Origin: an uncultured Gammaproteobacteria bacterium
Lineage (GTDB): Bacteria; Patescibacteriota; Microgenomatia; Daviesbacterales; UBA10151
Direction: 5' to 3'
DNA length: 64,000 bases
Assembly (NCBI GenBank): GCA_964500725.1
Contig: CAZCNP010000002.1
Location: 5,347-69,346 of the forward strand
In this document: piece by piece, positions 1-8,453 of the stretch
Numbering within the stretch: position 1 is the stretch's first letter
Layout of the letters: each line of letters starts with the position of its first letter
The notes under the pieces: generated by a model
The model's input: the letters and a program-made list of their open reading frames with translations, nothing else
Databases searched by the model: none
Told to the model about the DNA's origin: nothing
Position numbers and translations under genes: made by a program

Positions 1-173
1 TTATTTAAGGCTTCAATTTCTGCATGGGCTTTACCTGCTTGATGGTGGAAACCTTTACCAATAATTCGGTTATTTTTAACTATAATTGCTCCAACCATAG
101 GGTTGGGATTGGTCCAGCCTAATCCTTTTTTTGCAAGTTTGATAGCTTGTTTTAGGAAAAATTCATCAGTCAT
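1..173 (-). CDS. ribD: Riboflavin biosynthesis deaminase/reductase RibD, N-terminal fragment; the gene runs off the window edge
   Basis: Minus-strand translation from the ATG at 173..171 gives MTDEFFLKQAIKLAKKGLGWTNPNPMVGAIIVKNNRIIGKGFHHQAGKAHAEIEAL, a cytidine-deaminase-like RibD N-terminus. The start overlaps the ribA stop (ATGA). Confidence 0.75.
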   Translation of the reverse strand, partial: MTDEFFLKQAIKLAKKGLGWTNPNPMVGAIIVKNNRIIGKGFHHQAGKAHAEIEALN

Positions 174-772
174 ACAAGTGTTAATTTGTGGCGCATTTTT
201 TGTTTTTTTACTTTAAGATAATTAAGATCTATTTTATTAGGTTTAATCTCGAGGGCTATTCTCTTGAATGTTTTGATGCCAAACTTAGCAAGTTGATCTT
301 TTTTATTAAGATTATTTGTCAGAAGGTTAATGTTTACTGTGCCTAAATCTTTTAGAATATCAGCAGCTATTTCATAACTGCGTAAGTCTGAGGGAAAACC
401 TAGCGCTTCATTGGCTTCCACTGTATCATAGCCTTTATCTTGTAAGGAATAAGCTTTAATTTTATTGGTAAGACCAATTCCTCGGCCTTCTTGATTGAGA
501 TATAGTATCAGCCCGCTGCCCATTTTACTAATTATCTTCATACTTTTTTTAAGCTGCTCTCCACAGTCGCACCTTAAAGATGAAAAAGTGTCACCTGTTA
601 AACATTGGGAATGAATTCTTGTTAAAACAGGTTTTTCTAAATTTCCTATTGTTAAAACTGCATGCTCGCGGTTATCTTTTAAAGATTTATAAATAATTAT
701 TTTAAAAAGCCCATATTTTGTTGGTAGAGTTGAGGTGGCAGTTTTAATAACGGTTTGCATAGGTAGCTTCAT
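170..772 (-). CDS. ribA: GTP cyclohydrolase II (stand-alone, not fused to DHBP synthase)
   Basis: The 200-aa ORF carries the RIHSQCLTGDTFSSLRCDCGEQL zinc/GTP motif and a NQEGRGIGL..K motif characteristic of GTP cyclohydrolase II. Confidence 0.9.
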   Translation of the reverse strand: MKLPMQTVIKTATSTLPTKYGLFKIIIYKSLKDNREHAVLTIGNLEKPVLTRIHSQCLTGDTFSSLRCDCGEQLKKSMKIISKMGSGLILYLNQEGRGIGLTNKIKAYSLQDKGYDTVEANEALGFPSDLRSYEIAADILKDLGTVNINLLTNNLNKKDQLAKFGIKTFKRIALEIKPNKIDLNYLKVKKQKMRHKLTLV

Positions 773-1245
773 ATTTGGGATAGTGTTTTGATAGCTGTAA
801 GCACAGCTTTGGCTGCTTCTATGCCTTTATTGTACTTTCCAACACTTCTTTTCTTTGCCTGCTTAAGGTTGTAAGTTGCCAATACCTCGAAAGCAATAGG
901 AATATTAAACTCTAAGGAGATATTCATAAGAGCCCTGGTACATTCATTGGCAATAAGCTCAAAATGATAGGTATCTCCTTTGAGGATTATTCCCAATGCA
1001 ACCATCCCGTTATATTTTTTGTTTTCTGCGGCTTTTTTGGCAATTAAAGGTATTTCCCAAGATCCGGGTACTGTAAAGGTGGATATATTATTTTTTTTAA
1101 CACCACTGGCGAGTAAATAATCTTTACAGGCTTTTTCTAAACTTGAAGTTAAGTGCTGATGGTAAAGACTCTTAATGATGGCTATTTTAAGCTTTGAATT
1201 AGTCTTGCTGTATTCTTTTATATTTTTGGAAAAATCTTTTATCAT
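769..1245 (-). CDS. ribH: 6,7-dimethyl-8-ribityllumazine synthase
   Basis: The 158-aa ORF has lumazine-synthase motifs (VPGSWEIP, GDTYHFE) and overlaps ribA by 4 nt. Confidence 0.9.
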   Translation of the reverse strand: MIKDFSKNIKEYSKTNSKLKIAIIKSLYHQHLTSSLEKACKDYLLASGVKKNNISTFTVPGSWEIPLIAKKAAENKKYNGMVALGIILKGDTYHFELIANECTRALMNISLEFNIPIAFEVLATYNLKQAKKRSVGKYNKGIEAAKAVLTAIKTLSQI

Positions 1246-1820
1246 TTTTTTAATAATTTTTCTATGTATTTTGCTAAGATATCAACTTCAATGTTGAGGA
1301 AATCACCAATTTTTATAAATTTAAGCATAGTATTTTCCCATGTGTAAGGAATGATACCAACTGTAAAATAATTTTTTCCTGCTTTGATCACAGTTAAGGA
1401 GATACCATTTATAGCAATAGAGCCTTTTTCCACTATGTATTTTGCAAACGCGTTAGATATAGAAAGTTTTAAGATTCTACTATTGCCTGAAATTTTGATA
1501 TCCAATATCTTTGAGACTGTGTCAATGTGTCCTTGTAAGATATGGCCAGAGATAAGCGAGGAGGGAGTTACTGGAAATTCCAAATTAACTAGATCATTTG
1601 TTTTTAGATACTTTATATTGGTTTTCTTTTCAGTTTCTGGCATGAAATCTATTTTGAAATAGTCTTTATTGTTATCTTTGACTGTAAAGCAGATTCCATT
1701 AACAGAAACACTGAGTCCTTTTTTAGCTTTAGCCAAGAAATTCTGATCAGCTTTGATTTTCAATGCCTGGTTCGTCTTTTTTGATATTTTGCCAATATGG
1801 GTAACTATGCCTGTAAACAT
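1242..1820 (-). CDS. ribE: Riboflavin synthase alpha subunit
   Basis: 192 aa beginning MFTGIV..G, with two lumazine-binding repeats (GxSLTV). It is the first gene of the minus-strand rib operon. Confidence 0.88.
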   Translation of the reverse strand: MFTGIVTHIGKISKKTNQALKIKADQNFLAKAKKGLSVSVNGICFTVKDNNKDYFKIDFMPETEKKTNIKYLKTNDLVNLEFPVTPSSLISGHILQGHIDTVSKILDIKISGNSRILKLSISNAFAKYIVEKGSIAINGISLTVIKAGKNYFTVGIIPYTWENTMLKFIKIGDFLNIEVDILAKYIEKLLKK

Positions 1821-2036
1821 AAAAAATCCCCTTTCCGGGGATTAATTACGTTTTACCCTTGTCTCAGAATTGCCATTAGAGACAATTCTTCACAAGTGGA
1901 TCTTCAGTCCGATTCTTTCTTTTATCCCGACTATACGGTCGCTACTGGATTTACACCAGTTCCTCCAAGCACCAATCAGATGATGCTTGGTCGTAGAGTT
2001 TACTACCGATTTTGACTTACACAAATCCCCGAAAGA
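1821..2036 (-). promoter_or_regulatory. FMN riboswitch (RFN element) with an SD-sequestering expression platform, in the ribE leader
   Basis: The minus-strand leader reads ..CTTTCGGGGATTTGTGTAAGTCAAAATCGGTAGTAAAC..GGTGTAAATCCAGTAGCGACCGTATAGTCGGGATAAAAGAAAG... This matches the conserved RFN cores (TTCGGGG..ACCGGCGGTAGTAAA and GGTGTAATTCC..GCCGACGGTTAGAGTCCGGATGGGAGA). It is followed by a CCCCGGAAAGGGG hairpin whose 3' arm (AAGGGGA) is the SD, 7 nt before the ATG. Confidence 0.7.
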
Positions 2037-2044
2037 ATATTGAT

Positions 2045-2053
2045 ATTATATCA
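2045..2053 (-). promoter_or_regulatory. Extended -10 promoter element (TGaTATAAT) for the rib operon / riboswitch leader
   Basis: The minus strand reads ..TTTTTTGATATAATATCA.. immediately upstream of the riboswitch 5' end. The -35 is weak. Confidence 0.4.
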
Positions 2054-2183
2054 AAAAAGCCTCAAAAAAACTCGCACAGAGCGAGTTTTCTTGAAAAGCT
2101 ATCTTTCGATAACCATATTTTTTATATCAAATAGTTACTGCCTTGGTCAAGTAGTTCAAACTAGATCATGTTACAATATAATA

Positions 2184-2684
2184 ATGATTTATTTGGCAAC
2201 TGATCACGCAGGTTTTGAATTAAAAGAAAAAGTTAAGAAGTTTCTGCAAGATGAGGGGTATCAGGTAGATGATTGTGGCGCATATCAATATGATAAAGAT
2301 GATGACTATCCTGATTTTATAGCCAAAGCAGCAAAAGCTGTATCTGGTGATCCAAGCAGTAAAGGGATTGTTTTTGGAAGCTCTGGGCAAGGCGAGGCAA
2401 TGGTTGCTAATAAGTTTCCAAATATTAGGGCAGCTGTTTTTTATACACCTTGTATTCCTTCGCATAATATAGATGTGACAGGGAGGGTTAGTCAGGATTC
2501 TTTTGAGATGATACGTTTAACCCGGGAACACAACAACGCGAATGTATTATCCTTAGGGGCAAAGATTTTAAAAGAAGAGGATGCTTTGAAGGCGGTAAAG
2601 CTTTGGCTAGAAGCCCCTTTTACAAATGAATCTCGTCATGCAAGAAGAATAGAAAAAATAAAACAGATTGAAGAGCAAAGATGA
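2184..2684 (+). CDS. rpiB: Ribose-5-phosphate isomerase B (RpiB/LacAB family)
   Basis: MIYLATDHAGFELKEKV..DCG.. is the RpiB signature. The start was chosen at the internal ATG (2184) of the longer ORF 2040..2684, because the upstream part has no homology and overlaps the riboswitch region. Confidence 0.85.
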   Translation: MIYLATDHAGFELKEKVKKFLQDEGYQVDDCGAYQYDKDDDYPDFIAKAAKAVSGDPSSKGIVFGSSGQGEAMVANKFPNIRAAVFYTPCIPSHNIDVTGRVSQDSFEMIRLTREHNNANVLSLGAKILKEEDALKAVKLWLEAPFTNESRHARRIEKIKQIEEQR

Positions 2685-3325
2685 TACAAATCATACCGAC
2701 TGTATTAGCAACTTCCGAGCAGCAGTATCAGCAGGATATTACAAGATTTGCCTCAGTTGAGGCTCTTAAAGGAGGTTGGGTACATCTTGATTTCATGGAC
2801 AACAAATTTGTTCCAAATGGAGGGATTCACCCCTCAGTGACTGCTAAGTATCCTATACCCTTTAAGAAAGAAGCGCATTTAATGGTGCAGTACCCCAAAG
2901 AGTGGATTGACGAATTAATTGAAGCAGGTTTTGAACGCGTTATGCTTCATCTTGAAGCAGACGAGATAGAGGAGTGTATTGATTATATTAAAAATAAAAG
3001 ACTAGAAGTAGGTTTGGCATTAAAGCATGAAACTCCACTTGAGAGATTAATGCCTTACATTCCTAAAATAGATAGAGTTTTACTTATGGGCGTAGTGCCT
3101 GGTTTTCAAGGTCAGCCTTTTATTGAAGAAAGCCTGCAGAAAATAAAGGATTTTAAATTAAAAGGGTGGACAATCAAGGTAGGGGTAGATGGAGCTGTTA
3201 GAGATACAAATATAAAGCAGTTGGTTGATGCAGGTGTAGATTATATGATTGTAGGATCGTATCTTTTAAAAGGAGATATTGAAGAGAATTTAGAAATACT
3301 CTGGGAAAAAATTCATGGATCTTAA
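2681..3325 (+). CDS. rpe: Ribulose-phosphate 3-epimerase
   Basis: 214 aa with HLDFMDNKFVPN and GVVPGFQGQPF motifs. ATGA overlap with rpiB. Confidence 0.85.
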   Translation: MIQIIPTVLATSEQQYQQDITRFASVEALKGGWVHLDFMDNKFVPNGGIHPSVTAKYPIPFKKEAHLMVQYPKEWIDELIEAGFERVMLHLEADEIEECIDYIKNKRLEVGLALKHETPLERLMPYIPKIDRVLLMGVVPGFQGQPFIEESLQKIKDFKLKGWTIKVGVDGAVRDTNIKQLVDAGVDYMIVGSYLLKGDIEENLEILWEKIHGS

Positions 3326-3944
3326 GGAGAAGAAGGCTAGAACAATTCAATATGTGGCTATTTTTGGATTTGCAGATGCATCAGAAAATGATGAGCTTTT
3401 TCAAACAGTTAGGGCTGTTTCTAAGGAATTGGCAGAAGCAGGTTACACAGTAGTTGATGGAGGAGGGCCAGGAGTTATGAGAGCAGCTACAATCGGTGCT
3501 AAAGAAGGTGGGGGGAAAGTAATTGGGGTAACTTTATACTCGGAAGACATCCCTAATTTTGAAGGCAGAGATCCAGAAAATTTATTTGACCAGGAGATAA
3601 AAACTACTAACTACGTAGATAGAACACTAGCTCTCATGAGAACAGGACAAGTTTATGTAGTTTTTAACGGGGGTTCTGGAACAATTTCTGAGTTTGGAAT
3701 GGCTTGGGGGTTAGCTAAACTTTACTTTGGGCATCATAAACCCCTAATTTTATATGGCAAGTTTTGGGACAATATTATCAATGCTTTTGCCGATAATATG
3801 TTACTTAGGCCTCAGGAAAAAAAGGTTTATAAAATTGTTACTTCCCCTGAAGAAGTTTTGGATGCCATTAAGGCTTTTGAAGAAGAGCTTGAGGCAGGTG
3901 AGCATAATCACGAGATGCGGTCAGAAAGTGATTACAGTTTATGA
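3315..3944 (+). CDS. LOG family protein (cytokinin riboside 5'-monophosphate phosphoribohydrolase-like, TIGR00730)
   Basis: Carries the GGGPGVM and GGSGTISE Rossmann-like motifs of the LOG/YvdD family. Overlaps rpe by 11 nt. Confidence 0.8.
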   Translation: MDLKEKKARTIQYVAIFGFADASENDELFQTVRAVSKELAEAGYTVVDGGGPGVMRAATIGAKEGGGKVIGVTLYSEDIPNFEGRDPENLFDQEIKTTNYVDRTLALMRTGQVYVVFNGGSGTISEFGMAWGLAKLYFGHHKPLILYGKFWDNIINAFADNMLLRPQEKKVYKIVTSPEEVLDAIKAFEEELEAGEHNHEMRSESDYSL

Positions 3945-4378
3945 TTTCATCAAATTTGTCCAATAGATTGGTCTTTATTTTTAGTTTGTTAGGGCTTTTT
4001 ATATCAGCATTTTTGCTTTATGAATACAATATTAGTGGACCAATTGTTTGTCCTATTGGTGGTGGTTGTGATGCTGTTCGAGCCAGTCAATATTCGCATT
4101 TTTTGGGAATCTCGATCCCTGTTTTAGGAGTTATTTTTTATTTGGGTATGGCCTTGCTTTCTGTGGTACATTCTCATCAGTTACCTACTAAAATTCTTGC
4201 TAAATTAAAATTATTAGGAGCATTAGCTGGAGCAGGTTTTGGTATATATCTTACTTATTTGGAAGCATTTGTAATTAAAGCTTATTGCTTTTGGTGTGTG
4301 GCTTCGTTTATTATATCGCTTGCGATTTTAGGAATAATTCTATTAACTGGTAAAGATGCTGATGAAAACAGAAACTAA
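3941..4378 (+). CDS. Vitamin K epoxide reductase (VKOR) family membrane protein
   Basis: A four-TM protein with a loop Cys pair (CPIGGGCDAV) and a CFWC active-site CXXC in the last TM. Start overlaps the LOG stop (ATGA). Confidence 0.8.
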   Translation: MISSNLSNRLVFIFSLLGLFISAFLLYEYNISGPIVCPIGGGCDAVRASQYSHFLGISIPVLGVIFYLGMALLSVVHSHQLPTKILAKLKLLGALAGAGFGIYLTYLEAFVIKAYCFWCVASFIISLAILGIILLTGKDADENRN

Positions 4379-5015
4379 ATTTTTAGGGGTTATCTTAATT
4401 ACTACACTGGCGCTGTTATTTGGTGGCATATTTTTTCTCAGTCGTAATCAGGCTTCCTCCGGTGATATTAAAGTAGAAAATGTAGCACAGATTGATTACA
4501 GCAAAGGACAAAAGGTTGGTAGCGACAGCGCAAAAGTAAAAGTGGTGGAATTTTCTGATTTTGAATGTCCTGCTTGTTTGGCAGCAGAACCTGCTATTGC
4601 TAAAGTAAAATCTTCTTACCCGGATCAAATACAGTTTATTTATCGCCATTTTCCATTACCACAACATACTCACGGCAGACAAGCAGCGGCTATAGCTGAG
4701 GCAGCTGGGCAACAAGGTAAATTTTGGGAAATGCATGATAAGCTTTTCGAAACTCAAGCAGAGTGGACAATTATGAGCAAAGATGATGCAGCTGCATTTT
4801 TCCTGCAGCTTGCCAAAAATTTAGGTTTGGATGAAAACAAAATTAAACAAGATTTGGAAAGCAATACTTTTGCAGCAAAAATAGATGCTGATATTGCAGA
4901 AGGCAGAAGATTGGGAGTTAACGCTACGCCAACCTTTTTTCTCAATGGGAAAAAGCTTAATTTAAGAGTCTTTGATGATTTAAACACTATGGTAGCTGAG
5001 GAGTTGAAAAAATAA
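4356..5015 (+). CDS. DsbA-like thiol:disulfide oxidoreductase (thioredoxin fold, membrane-anchored)
   Basis: N-terminal TM, CPAC active site (FSDFECPACLAAEP), and a GVNATPTFFLNGKK cis-Pro loop. It is the classic partner of VKOR. The alternative start is the ATG at 4362. Confidence 0.85.
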   Translation: MLMKTETKFLGVILITTLALLFGGIFFLSRNQASSGDIKVENVAQIDYSKGQKVGSDSAKVKVVEFSDFECPACLAAEPAIAKVKSSYPDQIQFIYRHFPLPQHTHGRQAAAIAEAAGQQGKFWEMHDKLFETQAEWTIMSKDDAAAFFLQLAKNLGLDENKIKQDLESNTFAAKIDADIAEGRRLGVNATPTFFLNGKKLNLRVFDDLNTMVAEELKK

Positions 5016-5027
5016 CTGAGTATATTT

Positions 5028-6038
5028 TTACACTAAATTCTGAGGTGTATTTGATAAAGCCCCTTTGATATTGCCAACTGTTGTTTCCATTATAGAAAAT
5101 TCTGCCTCTTTGGTGTAAAAGGCCATATGTGGAGTAATAATTACATTTGGCAGATGTATTAAGATATGATCCTCTATTAATTTTTGAAAGTCTTTTGCCG
5201 GGATTTTGTTTTGGTTCAGCAGTTCTGCTTCTTCTTTTAACTCGTATTCTTCTTCTAAAACATCTAAAGCAGCTCCACCTAAGCGTTTTAAAATTAAAGC
5301 TTGATATAAAGCATCGGTGTCAACAATGCCTCCTCTGGAGGTGTTTATTAAACAACTGTCTTGTTTCATTAAGTTAATATTATCCTTATTAATTAAGTGG
5401 CGGGTTTTTTCTGATAAGGGGACATGAAGGGTAACAATATCAGAGTTTCTTAACAAATCTTCTAAAGAAACATAACTAAAACCTAATTCTTGGGAAGCTT
5501 CTGCATTGGGAAAGGGGTCCATGGCCAGTACTTTCATATTAAAACCTTTGGCAATTTTAATAACATTTTTACCAATTTTTCCAGTGCCTACCACTCCTAA
5601 AGTTTTACCATTTAAATCAAAACCCCTTAAACCCTCAAATGAAAATTCCCCAGACATTTTGAGTCTGTTTACTGCTTGGGGGATTTTTCGGGACAAAGAT
5701 AAGATTAGGCCAAAAGTATACTCAGCCACAGTATTAGAGCCATATGCTGGGACATTACAGACTAAGATGTTTTTAGATTTTGCATATGCTATATCAATAT
5801 TGTCAAAGCCTGTAGCTCTGACAGTAATCAATTTTAAGTTAGGAAAAGCATCAATAACTTTTGGAGTTACTTTAGAACAGGTAAAGATTGAGATAACTTC
5901 AAAATCTATTTTTTGAGGAATTAAATCTTCATTTAAAGGATCTTGGAAAAACTCAACCTCAGCTCCCTCTAAGTTCTTTAAGAAATATTCTTTTTTCTCA
6001 TCTTCGGTAATTTCAAAAAATGCGATTTTGTTGGGCAT
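5028..6038 (-). CDS. D-isomer-specific 2-hydroxyacid dehydrogenase family (NAD-dependent)
   Basis: GVVGTGKIG NAD-binding motif, a catalytic His in HMAFYT, and 336 aa. Confidence 0.8.
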   Translation of the reverse strand: MPNKIAFFEITEDEKKEYFLKNLEGAEVEFFQDPLNEDLIPQKIDFEVISIFTCSKVTPKVIDAFPNLKLITVRATGFDNIDIAYAKSKNILVCNVPAYGSNTVAEYTFGLILSLSRKIPQAVNRLKMSGEFSFEGLRGFDLNGKTLGVVGTGKIGKNVIKIAKGFNMKVLAMDPFPNAEASQELGFSYVSLEDLLRNSDIVTLHVPLSEKTRHLINKDNINLMKQDSCLINTSRGGIVDTDALYQALILKRLGGAALDVLEEEYELKEEAELLNQNKIPAKDFQKLIEDHILIHLPNVIITPHMAFYTKEAEFSIMETTVGNIKGALSNTPQNLV

Positions 6039-6073
6039 ATTTTCATTATAACTAAAATTGCGGTATATTAATA

Positions 6074-6883
6074 TTGATGGATAACCTTACTCCTCTAAAT
6101 AATCTCATTAATCTTTCGTCCAAAGTAGCAATAGTTACAGGAGGAGCTCAGGGAATTGGGTTTGGAATTGCTTACAGGTTAGCAGAAGCAGGAGCAAAGA
6201 TAGTGGTGGCTGATTTTAAAGAACCAGAAGAAATGGAGGCAGTTTCTAAATTAACAGAAAAAGGGTGGATGGCAAAGGCTGTAAAGGTGGATGTTTCAAA
6301 TGAGGAGCAAGTGAGGAAAATGGTGGAGGAGGCAGTTGCAGATTTTGGATCAGTGGATATTTTGGTTAACAATGCTGGGATATATCCTGCTGAGCCTGTA
6401 ATGAAAATGAGTGCTGAAGACTTTGATAAAGTAATTGCTGTGAATTTAAAAGGGGTGTTTCTTTGCACAAAATATGTTTCAGAGCAGATGATCAAACAAG
6501 GAAAAGGAGGAAAAATTATCAATATTACCTCAATTGATGCTTTGCATCCTTCATCTGTAGGTTTGGCTCATTATGATGCTTCCAAACATGGGGTTTGGGG
6601 CTTTACTAAAAATGTGGCTTTGGAACTTGCTCCTCATAAAATCTATGTCAACGCAATAGCTCCAGGTGGAATTACCACACCTGGTACACAACAAGCTCAA
6701 GCTGGAGCTGGGGAAGGGGTAGATATGGCTAAGATGATGGAGGTTTTTTTGGCAAAGATCCCTATGCATAGAATGGGGGATCCTGATGATATTGGTAAAG
6801 TTGCCCTATTTTTAGCCTCAGATATGTCTTCATATATGACAGGCAGCCAGATTGTGGTAGATGGAGGGGTATTATTATCCTAG
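6074..6883 (+). CDS. SDR family oxidoreductase (FabG-like)
   Basis: TGGAQGIGFGIA cofactor motif, NNAG, and the catalytic YDASKHG triad. Confidence 0.85.
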   Translation: MMDNLTPLNNLINLSSKVAIVTGGAQGIGFGIAYRLAEAGAKIVVADFKEPEEMEAVSKLTEKGWMAKAVKVDVSNEEQVRKMVEEAVADFGSVDILVNNAGIYPAEPVMKMSAEDFDKVIAVNLKGVFLCTKYVSEQMIKQGKGGKIINITSIDALHPSSVGLAHYDASKHGVWGFTKNVALELAPHKIYVNAIAPGGITTPGTQQAQAGAGEGVDMAKMMEVFLAKIPMHRMGDPDDIGKVALFLASDMSSYMTGSQIVVDGGVLLS

Positions 6884-6889
6884 ACTTTT

Positions 6890-8101
6890 ATGGTAAATGG
6901 TAACGAATTAGAAAGTGGTACTAGACCAGAGCTTAGTAAACTAATTAATTTTTGCCATCAAGATTTAGAACAAACTTTACCTGCTGTGGCTTCTGTTTTG
7001 CGAGAAAATGATACAGAACAACCAGATATTGAGAGAGCTAGAAGCTTTATTGAACAGCTGCCACCTTTAGTAACTATACCTGTAAGCAATATACAAGAAT
7101 TTTCTGGGATAAATTTTGATTTAATCAAGCCAGAAGTTTCACTAAGAACGCCATATGTACAAGGATGGATGCAAATAAGAAAGGGAGCGGTAGGGAGTGA
7201 AGCTTTGGAAGATCTAAGGACTAAATTATCTGCTGAATCGGCAAATTATGCGACTGCGGTTTTAAAAGCTTACAAAAGAACTAAGGAGGGTGGTTTTGAG
7301 GGTTTTATAGATTTTTTAGATAAAGCTGGAATGACCGATAAAAGGATAGGTGATTTGCTGGGTTCTATCAAAGGTATTAAAGATAGTAATTCTCCTCAAG
7401 TTACAGAAGCAGCTGATATTAGAAGACAGAATTGGACTGAAGCAACACCTCTTACTAGTGTTGAAGAAATGGATCAGGCCATAACAAAATACCAGCCACA
7501 AGGAGTTAGAAAAGTAACAGTGAAATGGAAAAACCCGCCTGTTCCTTCTGCATTCTTATTTACTACTTTTACACAAGAAGGTCAAGCACAGCTTAAAGGA
7601 TTTGTAGTTGAAGTTCCAGATGAAAGTGAGGGAAGAAAAGCTCACGAACTCTCTCATGTTTATATGGCTTGTAGATTATTTGAGCAGGGTAAAGTTCCTA
7701 CTGCTGTAGCAGGCGTGGGAATTCAGGAGAAATATGCCAGAATAATCGAAGGAGTAGATACAGGAGAAGCAATGCTTTTTGCAAGTTGTATTGATGCCTC
7801 GTATAGATTTGCCAAATTCGCTGATGAAGTTTGCTCTAAGCCAAAAGCAGAAGAAGAAACAAATGAAGAATATAATAGCAGGCTTGAGCAAGATCTTAAA
7901 CAAGCAATTGATACTTCAGTATTATTAGAAGATCCTCTAACTGGATTAAAACCTATTTCTGGATCAGAGGTTATACCATTTGGGGCAAGAACTGTGCCAT
8001 ATATGTTGGATGTAGTGGAGGCAACTGCTTTAAGAGAGCAATTGCAAAAACAGGAAATACATAACCCAGATCAGGTTTTTGATGCTGTAACTAAGGCTTA
8101 A
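6890..8101 (+). CDS. Hypothetical protein with an HExxH motif (HELSH) and no recognisable family
   Basis: A 403-aa ORF starting 6 nt after the SDR stop. Soluble, relatively rich in Ala/Glu/Gly, and contains KAHELSHVYMACRLFEQG. No family assignment could be made by eye. Confidence 0.5.
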   Translation: MVNGNELESGTRPELSKLINFCHQDLEQTLPAVASVLRENDTEQPDIERARSFIEQLPPLVTIPVSNIQEFSGINFDLIKPEVSLRTPYVQGWMQIRKGAVGSEALEDLRTKLSAESANYATAVLKAYKRTKEGGFEGFIDFLDKAGMTDKRIGDLLGSIKGIKDSNSPQVTEAADIRRQNWTEATPLTSVEEMDQAITKYQPQGVRKVTVKWKNPPVPSAFLFTTFTQEGQAQLKGFVVEVPDESEGRKAHELSHVYMACRLFEQGKVPTAVAGVGIQEKYARIIEGVDTGEAMLFASCIDASYRFAKFADEVCSKPKAEEETNEEYNSRLEQDLKQAIDTSVLLEDPLTGLKPISGSEVIPFGARTVPYMLDVVEATALREQLQKQEIHNPDQVFDAVTKA

Positions 8102-8121
8102 ATCATTTTTTCTATAAATAC

Positions 8122-8151
8122 TTGACTTGTTCCCCTATTTTAAGATATGAT
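8122..8151 (+). promoter_or_regulatory. Sigma70-type promoter of the csoR-cop operon (-35 TTGACT, -10 TATGAT)
   Basis: TTGACT at 8122..8127 and TATGAT at 8146..8151 with an 18-nt spacer. It lies directly upstream of the operator palindrome. Confidence 0.5.
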
Positions 8152-8168
8152 ATCCCCCATAGGGGGAT
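8152..8168 (+). promoter_or_regulatory. CsoR-type operator (perfect 7-3-7 inverted repeat ATCCCCC-ATA-GGGGGAT)
   Basis: The GC-rich palindrome sits between the -10 and the csoR start codon and overlaps the SD. It resembles known CsoR operators (ATACCC..GGGTAT type). Confidence 0.65.
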
Positions 8169-8171
8169 TTG

Positions 8172-8441
8172 ATGTACAGACCAAAAGATACCAAAGAAGC
8201 AATACTTCATAGATTAAAAATTGCCAGAGGACATTTAGAAAAAGTGATTCAGATGATGGAGACTGGTCAATACTGTATTGATATCATTCATCAATCCCAA
8301 GCTGTTCAGCGGGCTTTAGAAGAAACTGACGGCGTATTGCTGGAAAACCACCTAAAAACCTGTGTTGCAGATCATATTAAAAAGGGTGAAACAGGAAAAT
8401 CGATAGAAGAGATAATGAATGTTTTTAAAAGAAATAAATAA
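8172..8441 (+). CDS. csoR: Copper-sensing transcriptional repressor, CsoR/RcnR (DUF156) family
   Basis: Contains the CIDIIHQSQAV Cys-His-Cys signature (C..H..C, W-X-Y-Z motif) and is about 90 aa. ATG at 8172 (the ORF track starts at the TTG at 8169). Confidence 0.85.
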   Translation: MYRPKDTKEAILHRLKIARGHLEKVIQMMETGQYCIDIIHQSQAVQRALEETDGVLLENHLKTCVADHIKKGETGKSIEEIMNVFKRNK

Positions 8442-8453
8442 AAGTCTTAAAAT

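Noticed and set aside
1384-1662. 92-aa plus-strand ORF inside ribE
   Set aside because: It is antisense to a well-supported riboflavin synthase gene and has no motifs, so it is most likely a spurious ORF.
1797-2015. 72-aa plus-strand ORF across the rib leader
   Set aside because: It overlaps the FMN riboswitch on the opposite strand. The riboswitch explains the conservation-like structure.
2071-2089. Hairpin CTCGC-ACAGA-GCGAG followed by TTTT between the rib promoter and rpiB
   Set aside because: The stem is only 5 bp and no upstream gene needs terminating on either strand, so it is not called as a terminator.
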